From: Catajapyx aquilonaris
Taxonomy: Eukaryota
NCBI GenBank assembly: GCA_000934665.2
Contig: JYFJ02000032.1
Span: forward strand, 1-64,000
Length of the DNA: 64,000 nt
Direction of reading: 5' to 3'
Shown here one piece after another: positions 39,701 to 51,700 of the stretch. Each line of letters starts with the position of its first letter. Within the stretch, counting starts at the first letter, position 1. Both the position numbers and the translations under genes were made by a program. The notes under the pieces were generated by a model. That model saw only the letters and a list, made by a program, of their open reading frames with translations, searched no databases and was not told the DNA's origin.

Positions 39701-42700
39701 AAGCTTTTTATCGAGGAAAATTGCGAAAGGGCCGAGATTTTCCGGCCTGTGGGAAAATGGACAGTGTGTTGTATAACTTCTGTTGCGGAAGTAATCTGCG
39801 ATGTTAATCAAGGTCCCTTCGAGGCTTCGATTGCCCGCGTATTATTGTCTTCCGCCATCTAATTGGACCGACTTGTTCCTCTGACGACTGCTCTTTAAAG
39901 ACTGCACCCACTCTCATAACAAAAAAAAAGACGAAGAAGAAACAGAGGTCTAATTTTGTGCTGAAGGATATGTGCTAGTGGCTGTAAGGGTATGCAGAGA
40001 AGTAGCGAGTGATTTATAACCAGGCAACGAGGGGGTGTGTGTTCAGGTTGAAATATTCAGAGCCTGCTGTATAAGGGAAGTTGAGAGATATGCGGTCGAG
40101 TCATTTACATTTTGCGTCTCTGGATAAGCAGTATATTGGCGAATATAGGCCAGAAACAGAATTTTGACAGTTGCATTGTTATCTGGCTCGAGAGTTGTTT
40201 TCAAACTCATTCACATAAAGTATAATTATTATGCTTTGTGTGAATTAGTGTATGCCTTTCACAAATGGAGATATTAGTGGGCAAATGCTATTATAGTTAC
40301 ATAGTTGACGATTCAAAGGTGAAATAATCATAACAATGATTAAGTGTCCTATTAATTAAAGTGCCTTACAGTTCTGTGTAGGGCAGGTCATAACAAGCCT
40401 GTTTTTAGACCCGACAGCGATTTCTGCAGCTGTGTTCGTCTATTATTTATTAGAGCCTATATGCAACACTTTGAAGCAATAAAAACTACTCTGGGTTGCT
40501 TTTTGAGTGCCGGATTGTTGAAGCCAGCATTGTTAATATTGCATGGCCCGAAGCAGTCCTCTCCCGGCTTTTTTGTCATTTCCGTTTTGTGTTCATCCAC
40601 AGTAGGCCACTAAAAAGCCGCACATATTTCACATACAGGTTTTTCCCCGTATGATTAAGTTTTCCCTCCCCCTGTAAGTGATTACCTTGCCATAATCCTC
40701 CAAAAAAACAACATAATAACACGAAATTTACAAGCCACGTAACACAATATTAATTAATTCGCCACATTTTAAAGGCACCAGGCAGTAACGTGATATTACT
40801 CTGCCGTACCGCATGTTACGTACAGTAAAGTGATAAAAAAAGTGAACAGGCCTATACTTGACCCTAACCGAAACTCTATCTTTTTCCAGTGTGGGACTGA
40901 CTGGATTGGGATTACGAAGCCCGGACCTAGGCAACTCCACTATAAGGTAAGCCTTAACCTCAAAGTATTCTTTACGACAGGAAATGTGCTCGAGTTCCCC
41001 CCTCCCTAGTATATATGCGAAACGGTTCCTATTTCCAAATGCAGAACGCAACATGAGCATTACCTCGGTTTGCAATTTGAAGGAAGGCCGAAGTGGGCAA
41101 ATCTTGCAGGGCTCCGGATTTGAAGAGCTCTGCGAGAAATAGGCTCAACTATATGCCCTCACGAGAAAAAAAAAGGTTCTCCTATACAGAGTCTATCTCC
41201 CACCCACCCTATACTAAGTCTATTTCTTGCATGGAGGGGGTGGGACGACGTTATAATTTCTTGTCTTTCCAAGCACGTCTATAGTATAGACTATAGAGTA
41301 TAAATCTGACAAAGCTTGAGTTGTGGTGGCGGCTAACTTGTAGAGCGCGGTTTTGTATCGACCCATGTGCTGTACCAAGCTTGTTTCAGTGAGAGAACTT
41401 CCAGAAACTGAATCCAGCAGTCATTGGGTTTTGCAGCATCTTTGGCCCCTTTCCCAGCATCACCTTTCGGAGCAAGAAGGATTAATTTTCGTTCAAAAAC
41501 CTCTTTTTTTTCGAGCTAGCAAAAAGTTGCGTGTGTTGCAGAAAAGTTGTGCTGAAGGAGGTTATGTCGAGAGGGGGAAGGCAGCAGCAGCATCCGATTT
41601 GGTGCAAAATTAAACTGCGAACGCCTGGAGAGTCTGTTTTATTATGAAAGGGAAAACCGTATCAGGTTGTCAAACTCGAATCTCTCTGTCAAGTTTGCTG
41701 TCACAGAGGTGTGGTTGGGCGAATATTAATGAATTTGCTTCGCCCCTGAGGCGGAGAATTTTGCTAGACTTGATCACCAGAATTGCTCTAGCAAAAGCAG
41801 AGATGGAATATAATGCATTCCAAGGAGAAATTTTGTGGAGTTAATGTGCCACTCACAACCTCCCCGTGTTTGATAGAACATTTTGAGAAGGTGAAAGTGA
41901 GCGTGACCGTGATGTGCTGGTGGCAAACCTGTTTATTGTTGACATGGGCAGTGTGTTGGCACCTCTCTTACATTATACATTACAGGCTTGGTATCTATTC
42001 CCAATTGGATTGCAATCCTGGGCAATTTCTATAAATAATTAACTAGCACATTGCGTCAGAGACTGTACAGTTGTATGTTGTTACAAAAAAATGTAGGCTA
42101 ATGTTTTGTAATAATTTGTACCTTCCAGCAGTTGTGCCTGTATATGACCCAAAAAGTTAGTGCTAGTATATCGAGAAAGTTTTTTTTAAAAAAGGGTCAA
42201 ACTATTGCTAATGGCTGCCGGCGCAGTGTATAATTTATCCCGCTGTGACTTCTAATGCACTCGTGTGTATACATTGCCGTGTTCCAACTCATTACTATGC
42301 AGATGCATATCTTTGTCGACTTTTAAGTAACATATTTTGAGCGTGGTATTTTTCCAAGTATCTTGATGGCGTCTGCGTCTGTTATAAGGAAGGTGAAATT
42401 TTAAATATTCATGCGCACGTACTACAGCTTCCAGATGTTCCCGTAGTGTATGTATAACCCTTAACGTGCGTTGGGTGTAATTTGATTTTGATTGTTGCCG
42501 CATCACAAAAGGAGGAAATTTCTCCTTCTAAAAGGGGAGGAGGGGGAGGAGGAGTGTATTATAACTGAGGCCAACTTGCAACTTATCCACCTTGTAATGG
42601 GCTCCTGCGATCAAAGGACAAGAGTTGTAGCAAGTTTTATAAGTAGGAGCACAGGTAAACGGGAAATTGAAACGTGCTTCGCTTATGCAGTCTGAGGAGA

Positions 42701-45700
42701 TGATACAGGAAATTCGTTTTAACCGAGCGGAATAGACAGGGCTGCTCTACAGTGCAACATAGATTCAATTGCGAAGTAATTAGTTCAGTAGTTTCGATAC
42801 CACATATATAGGGAGGGTTGCAGGCGATGAAAACTGATAATGAGCTTTCGCGTTAAAACGATGTTTCATTTTTTAAACTGCTATATGAGGGCATTTTTTT
42901 GTTTTGAATTGTGTAAAAATTTGCTAGAGCCCTACATCATACCATTAGTGTTTTACACAACAAACGTTCTTGTAATTGTTAACATGTACAACATACTGGT
43001 GCAAATTTTATTTGATCATTTTCATTATCCAATGTGCTTTGTAGATACCACGTAGCGAATAATTAATTTTCATATACGTATGCCAACCCTTTTTTATTTG
43101 GACCTCACGCATGTAGAGCATGTACTGCAGAATCTATTTGATTGCATTTGAAGCGATATATTGATGTCGATTACCAATAGAGTTATTACAAACACGGCAA
43201 TCAGTTGGCTCCAGTTTTTCTCCCGTTAAAATACCCAGTTTTGTTGGTCACGAAACAAACTGTGGATCTGGATAATTAGAACCTATTACGCATTTAGGAA
43301 CTTCCGTGTTTCCGACTGTCTAATTAACCTCCAGGCTGAAATTTCACCGGAAAGGACCCCAAAGTAAAGGAATTGGTTTTGCGGTTTCCCTTTTTTCTGT
43401 CTTAAGCCAAAACCCCAATTTTCCCAATCAAATCAGAACCATCCGATATTACAACCTGTAAGTTACACACAAAAAAATAACTGGCCTCCACGTCATAATT
43501 GAAGGTTTCCAGATCAGGACACGCGAGAGGTGTATCTATACTACAGGGTGCTGCTGGATGGGAGGTTTGATGAGCAAATACATATTGGTGGGCCACGCTT
43601 CATTTTTGGGCCACCAAAAACTTGGTGGGTCGCAATGAAGAGAACAAGTTCTAAGAGAGAGGGCCAAGCAAGTAATAATCTTGGGGAGGTGAGGGCGTTC
43701 CTGTCTTCATTCCTTCCTGGCTTAAATCTGATCAGAGACCGACGGCCTGGGAAGGTGCGTGTTTCACGCACGGGAAGGAAGGTAAAAAATATATATATAT
43801 GAAGGGTGTGTGTGAGGGGGGACGAACCTGATGGGGGAAAATTTCTGTTCCCAATGAGACCTGCGTAGGTTAGGTTCATAAATCCAGGCTGATGACAGCC
43901 GGAATCACATCGATGACACGGATTACGGCCCTTCGCCACGTCTGGAAGAAGGGTGGAAAAAAAGATGGCCGTCGATTTTTATCGGGACCGGGAGGTTTAA
44001 AAAGGACGAGAGGAATAAGCATGGCTTCTCTAAAGGGGTGATATCCGGAAATTAAACGTGGCTTTGCAGGAAATGAATCGGGGGCAAATAGGATCCAGAT
44101 CCGAATCTTTTTGTTTTGTTGGGGGGGTGTTCATCTGGTGAAGGGGGGTTTTCTCGAACCGTAATGAAACCAAAGGGGAAGCTTTACGACCGCCTAATCG
44201 CTGAGAAGTTTTCCTTGATCAGTTTGGCTGGAGAGTCATTTGGGTGGGTTTTGTGACTACTTGAAGGCTCAATGCCCACATTGTGGCCAGGCAGTTAGAA
44301 TTGGCCGAAGTGTCCATTAACACCAGGCATAACCAATAAGGAAGCTGGGATGGGAAGATGTGCACGGCGCAATATAAGATGATGAGGTGCATACAAAGTA
44401 AGGTTTTTTTTTCGCAGCCTTCTGTACACAGCAGGGAGCTTCCGTTAGATTTACCCGAAGTTCGAAGTGAAATTAACGGGAATTTTATGCAAATCGTGAA
44501 TTTTTTTGAGTTGTGTGCCACCAATTGAGGAAGCTTGAAAGCCAGTTTTTTTTTTAGCAGTTGTGACCGAAACTTGTTTTATAAGGAGAAAATTCTTAAA
44601 ACGACGGTTTGGTGGTAAGTGGTGGTAATAAATTCCAGCGTTCGCAGGGACCTGTTTGATGGTACCTTTTGAACTCGGAAGCCATTGCGGAGTCATGCAG
44701 CAGTTATTCAATTAACTAATGCGTCGTTTAATGCGACCAAGGCTAAATAGTTAATAAGCAACTTTTTTCCCCTCTATACTTTATTCATATGCAAGTATGT
44801 AGTTTAGTCGTTATTATTTTATCATAAGTTAACCCATGTGAACGCGAATCAGGAGGCGATTTTTCGCATGTTATGACTGAAAGTGAATTCACTTTTAAGC
44901 TTGACTTTTCAATTTAATTTCCTGGTAATATGGCATGAAAGCTAATTTTGCCAGGACCAGAAGGTACACATAGGGGTCGCAAATTTATTAAAAAGCAATA
45001 TCCCAAAATGCATCCAGTGCATTATCACAATGCGGCTTGCAGTTTGAGCTAATGAAAATTTAAATAATTAGGAAACTGGCGGTTAACTTTCCACTGTGTG
45101 TATATGTTTCAGGACTAATTAATTACCTCCTTTTTTTCATTGAATGCACCCGGCACGTTGCAGAGTTATTTCTAATGTTGTGAAAATGGGGAAATACTTT
45201 GGAAGGGTTGCAATTAATCACTTTGGTAAATTATCGCCGGGACACCGCCATAGAAGGGGTTTGGAGGGTATAAAAAACCGGCAGCCTCCAGATCGACGCG
45301 GTCAAAACACGCAATTCCTCGGATATCAATTTCCTCCATCGCCCTACATTTATGCTCACAAGTGCGATATGAAATTACAAACCGAGTCACGCCAACAAAA
45401 ATTTCATGGCGTTAAATTTTGCGCCCCCGATTTTTGCTAATCCCACCGTAGCTGTTTTAAGCTACAGATTAGTTTTACTGTGTTGAACAAGTAATTTTTG
45501 CAGCTATACACCATTGTTTTTTCATGCGTGCTTTGGCATACATCTGCAGGCCCTTGTTATTGACATGACAATCAATCTTTGTCACGCCGTCAACGCAAGT
45601 CGTCACTGTAAGGTTGACTTATATCTGCATTGGGAAGCAGAAAACACTTCGCAAATTTTTTTTTCGTGCAAAGGAAACAGTGCAGAACAGCTGACCGTGC

Positions 45701-48700
45701 TGGTGCAACAAGCTAATCTTAGCAGACGGGCACAAAAGATCGATAATGTTACCGAGGGAACGGGTTTTTTCGCCATTATTTCCTCTGCTTCCCAGTACGC
45801 CATCGTATTATTTCAGACTCCGAAAAAGTTGAAAACACTTCTGCATACATTTTCATAAAAATCCATCCCGAGCAAGCTATACACACCCAAAAGTTTAATT
45901 CGTTTATATCAAAAGTTTTGCACCATTACAACACTACTGGTATACTTCTTGTGGGCTCACCGTTATACCTCTTTTTCCGTCGGGGCTCGAAACCTATTAT
46001 TTCCCCAGTGGTGGTGATAGTTTGAGGGAAGAGCAATCGGTGTGTAGGAGCATCCCAGCCGACGACGCACAAGAAATATTACCACACAGTCATGTTGTCA
46101 GAGTAACCCATAAACAGGCCATTTCTGCAGCCAGGAGGCGGCTGCAGCCACGTAACGCCCTCGTTTTGGGGTTAGCAGATGTATGTTTGCAGTAATAACC
46201 GCAAGTGGTACAAAATGTGAATGTGCAACGAGGGAATGCGAGAGAGCGGGCTCCGTAGGGGGGCGGGGTTGGGTGGTAAGGGAGACTGGGGGAAAAAACA
46301 GACCCCCAAAAAAAGTTTTTGTTTGACCCGCCCTGAGCAGGATGCGTATTCAATGGAATTTTTGTGCAAATTAGGCTGGTTTTGTCCGATTACTTGTGCT
46401 ATTTGCGCCGCTTTCATATTTATGAGCGCATATAAAGCACCACATGGGTTTGCATGTGGAATTGACAGTTGGTCTGGCTGTCACGGGCTGGGTTCACTAT
46501 GATAACCACTTTGGCGTGCAAAACAGTGGCATATTCGCAATTTGTGTTTTGGGAGTCTCTAGAGCTGCTACCCTAGACGCTTTCTTCATACCGTATACGT
46601 ATACTTATATATCCTTAGGGCGAGGCTGCAGTAAGAGAGAGAGAGAGAGCGGTGGACCATAAATCGCAGGGCCCCCCCAAAAGTCGACGATGTCTGCGTC
46701 GGCAGTTTGTGTTCCTGGACGAATGGGCTGTGACGAGACTCGGGGCTTCGTCATTTCGGGATGAAATTAGCTGCCAGCAGTTTCAGAAATTGATCCCCGC
46801 CCGGGTTTCCACCGGCTGAAACTCGCGGATTGCTTCTGCGGAATCATCAATATGTTTGCGTTCCCCTGCCGACACCTGCACTGGTTGAACCGCAAACTAT
46901 AGTGTATTATACCACATGCGATAACCAGTATTATTATCGGTGTTGTCAGGAGGTCCTGAAGATGCTGATGGCAAATGAAGTTTAATTATCAGTATGTCAA
47001 TCTGGTTTTGTACGACTCGATACCACCCATTTTATATTTTTTGTAGCCATGGACTGAATTCTGATGTTGGTTGCAGTTTTGTCACTCACAACAGTGTAAG
47101 TAACTATGCCAAAGCTTCAATAAAGTTGATGGAACAATTCAGTTGGAATTGTCTGTTTTTCGGATTCCAGGTAATGTGCCTCATAATTTGTTTTTATGCA
47201 ATCAGACGCGAGTAATGCCCAGCGGTGCAATGTAGTCAAAAAATTGCTATTTTCAGGGCAAGTGGTGCTTTTTTTGCAGGGTACAACTTGATTGATGACA
47301 CTCGCAACTGCTAATGAAAAAAAAATGCATGGAGTCAAGTTGCTCAATTAATTGTGCTTCGCACAAAGGGCACCACAGTTTCGCAACCTGCTATTGCATT
47401 TATTTCATGAACGATCCGTTGCAAAAACAAGCAAATTCTGATTATGCCGCATCCAATAGTGGGCGATTGTTCATAAATTCGGCTGCCAGCGTTAGTGAAA
47501 TGCGGGAAACTGACTCGCTTTACGATCGCACATGTCATTAAGCAAAGCATTGTTCATAGACCTGCTGCCATACAGACTTGTAATGGATCCAGCCAATGAT
47601 ATCGATGAAAATTGTGGCGAGGTGAGGCGAGGTGAGCTCGTTGCACATAGACCAGATAGAACTAACTGCTGTACATTGTTCGTGTCCCCCCTGCCATAAA
47701 ACACCCCCCCCCTGGTAAATCGCTTCCGTATGTACGACTGCACCGTGATAATCACGGTCCCCAGCATTGTGCTAATAATATCCGCAATATCATCAATATC
47801 ATTGAATATCAACGGTTTCGGGATAGGCTGATGGGCTGATAATACCGTTCATTGCCTCCTCCCATTAATTTGCGATATAATTGGATAAACTACATTAATA
47901 TCCTAAAATAAACCCCTACAGCACTTTTACATATAATTATAGCGGTGGAATGTTTTTTTTCCGCTTATTTAAATGGAAAATGCTTAAAGCGGATAATGCT
48001 TAACTTATTGGAAAATGTGCCCTCATTCAGGAAAGCGAAAATTCTTAAAACTTTCCTCATTATTAAAGCGGAAATTGGCTGAGAGTGTAGGCCTACCCCC
48101 ACTGGTTCCTTATCGCGAAAATTGACCCACCATGAAAAATATTTACACACCGTCCCCGACATGGCCGTATGTCAGTTCTAAGTACGATCCAGCCCCACTC
48201 GCCAAGGGTGGTTTTTATCTCGAAATTGAACATATTGGGCATAATGCTTCCACGATAATTCTGTTTGCAGACAATTACACATTCTCTTCCCGGGCGCGTG
48301 CAAACACAGGAGTCACGAACGAGGGAAGGCCCAGCAGGGCTGCTGCTGCATAGTAGAGGCAGCCAACAGTGGTGAGCCCTTCGCGGCTACAAATGTGCCT
48401 CACCTCTTCTTGCATCAGGATGTTTAAAAAAAATGCTGACAGTTCTATCGGAAGCCCATTGAAACCCAAAAATTCATTAGTCAGGCATTTCATCAGCATG
48501 GCTCCAACTCCCCCCCATGTAGCCGCGCTCTATTTGCGCGACTCTTTTCCCCTCAAGCCCGCACCCTGCGTAGTGTATGGCAAGATTGGATGCGTGTAGT
48601 GTCCCCCCCAATGAAAAAGGTCTGCATTGTCCCGCGCGTGAATTGTTATTTATAATGGTTGGCGTCCAGGAAGCCGCAAGTGTTGAACCACGGAAGCCAC

Positions 48701-51700
48701 AGTGTGTGCCTTGCCACCCTTCCATTTGACTCCTCCCCACTATTTTTTTTGCTCCTTTCTTTCTTTCTTTTTTTAAAAAAGAGGGGGTAACTCCACTACA
48801 TCCACGAAAATTTTCATGCCAAGATCCAATCGGTCGTTTGGGGAACTATGGCCACCAGAGGGTCGCCACTGTGCCTCGGCGGACATGGCGGCGTTTTGGC
48901 TCAAAGGACGTCCCGTGAGATCATTGTGTGGGAGGTGCTGCGGTCTTGTTTTTTTTTGTTTATTCGGAAAGGAAAAGAAGCGGAACGAAGCCTCCTCCAG
49001 GGGGTGGTGGTAGTAGAGGTGGTAGTACCTCTGGTGGCAAACTCCACCTCCTCCCTGGCCTGTAGGTTGCATCCGCAGCCCTTTGGGCTCACTCTTTCCT
49101 CCCCACCCCTTCATTGCCAGTTGGATGACGGCATCCCCCACAATGGCTGCCACCAGGGCATAAAGAAGGTGGCAGGGTTGCCGTCGCCAGCCACAAAGGC
49201 TTCCAAATCTCTCCCGCCCTTGCCTCTTCACCCCCAAGCCGCGTTTCCCAGGGGCCGCCATTGTACTACACCTGGCCCTACCCCTTACCCTTCCCACACC
49301 CACCAAAAAGAGAATGGGAAAAGTATAAAAAAAAAGTCATCCCCCCTCCCCCACCTTCACAACATTGACAAGAAGAAAAGGTAGAATGAAAAAAAAAGTT
49401 TTCTAGCCACTGCCGGTTGTTGAATTTAATGTAGCTTTAATAAGGTACAAGCATGGCGGAGAGAAATATCGCACGGTTGGTCTACTGCATTTGCATACCG
49501 CCAATGAGAAGTTGACTGGCAAGCAGGAGTTGTCGAGGGGGATGGATAACAAGCCGGTCTGGCCAATTTCATACAGGAGGATTTTCTTATATACCCTCGG
49601 TATACGGCTCTGTAGTCGAGAGAACACTGTTATCACAATTTCGAAGCGTATTTCCCCTGAGCTTATACGTAAGTACAAAGCCGCAGAAAAGTACTTGAAA
49701 GCACATGGAATTATGACATGTCAAACGAGCAGCTTTTGCAGAATTCAGAAATAAATTGGATGTGTAGAAATCAGGTCGTTGATCCAAAAGAGAGACATTT
49801 GCAATTTAATTTTTTTTGCTAACCATTAGGCATACGTATTGGATAACCGGTGTTGTTTCCCCCCAACACAGCAGCAGTGCTAACCAAGTAAAAAATGCAT
49901 ATTGATGCTAATTTTGCTTTGTTTACCCGTGATGTCCACATCCATCGTTAATTCCGCAGCTTAGTACCCCTTTTTTACCATTTCTGTTGACACTTATTAA
50001 TGCAATAATACAGCTTCAATAACTTGACGCGATAAATCCTAATATTGCTCTTTGCACAGAGCCAGTTGTCACAGGGCTGGGAAAGCATAATTTGCGCAAC
50101 TTGTTACAACAAGCATTCTGTTTAGAATTTTAATTATGGGACACGTAGTCCACATTATTCCGCCATGTATTTTGTGGAACTTTAATGCGCTGTTGTGTAC
50201 CATTTAGGAAAATGCGCTTGAATATATTCCACACTCGGACTGGGTTGACAAGAGCGGTAGATTTTGTGCCGTGGTATATGAACCTACAGGCGATATACTA
50301 GTCAAAATGTTTACGGCTTGGGCTGTCATATTAACGTTTAGTTTCGAGCAAAAATTGACGGCCCTTCTGGAATAATATCACTCTTCCTTCCCGGAGAGAT
50401 GAATCGATTTTTTTTAAATCGCTTGTTTGCTGGCTAATATAATGTACGCACATCGTGTTATTGGATCGCTTTAAATGTTACATTGCACATTTAAAGCTGC
50501 ACAAGTTAGACGTGAGATCCCCCAAAAATATGAAAAATATTCAGGTGGAAAGAAAAATGCAGTCTGGATAAAGGACCGGCTGTTAGTGTGAAGTTCTCTC
50601 GTTTGTGGGAAGTTGTTAAAAAGTTTTTTTTCTTATTTTCTTTTTTGGGAAGGATTTGACTTTCCCTTATTCAGTTCTTGTGTCTGTCGACGGTTGAGAA
50701 CTTTTCTCGAGTGCTTCTAACATTTACGACTTTACGGTCATTTCGGTACATTCTAGTTTACAGCATTTTCTGAGGGTGTTTAATTTCGGTGATTATGGAC
50801 GCGGCCGCTTACTTGACACACAAAAGCTTGCATTACACCCAGGTTCACACAGGCCGCGTGTAATTTTTTTTTGTAGTGTTAGTGCTCTAAAAAGTGCTGA
50901 GAATATACCTTTGGTGTAGGGATCGTGACGTTTACTTTGATTAGCAAGTTGTCAAAGGCAGATTGTGTCGCATGTACATTACATGCATGGTATATACAGC
51001 CGCAATTTCAGGCCCAGTCCATATTAAACCTGTATTGCCTCTAACTTTCATAGTTACACAGGCCAGAATATTGCATCAAATTATTCAGTATGTATCTGTG
51101 TCAGCCTAGGCACACACACAGCATAGACTTGCATCAATTGCATGTGGAAAAAGCCTCACCCGGTTTCCATTCGGCAAATGACAAAATTTTGCAACCCTAC
51201 ACATCTAGCACCCCCTATTTCGACACGCCTCATGTTTATTTCTAATTAAACCCCCTTTACTGTGTCACCTCCGCGCGATGTTGACGACGACATGGAACTC
51301 GCCTCTCGCATCCACTAATTAATATTTTAACCATCCACCCCACTCATCCCCGGAAAAAAAAATATCTCATCCGTACCGACGCTGTATGTAATCAATTTGG
51401 CCCGGACCTTGATGTCGCGTGTAAATAAGCCGTAATGGGATTGCCAAGAAGGTACAGTACAGCAATGTAGGCAAAGCTGGATGCAAATGATGTGTGGCTA
51501 AGAACCAGCCGATATTTAAATATTGCAAAAATAATTTCATTTTTTTAAATACAAAAAAAGTGGCGAAGTTCCTCCCAAGCTTTGCAACGACGTTTATGTC
51601 AGCCGCACTGTATAACTTAGTGTCGACGTCATTATTTTTCGGCAGTGTTGGGAGTTGGCTCTTTCTTTACGTCGAATCTAGGGGCTGTGTAAACGTCGGA

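Noticed and set aside
48916..48928. TGAGATCATTGTG matches the first 13 nt of bantam miRNA
   Set aside because: The 3' half diverges and there is no complementary 5' arm to form a precursor hairpin
48773..49384. Overlapping 177-178 aa ORFs on opposite strands
   Set aside because: Explained by stop-codon scarcity in GC-rich low-complexity sequence; no family resemblance
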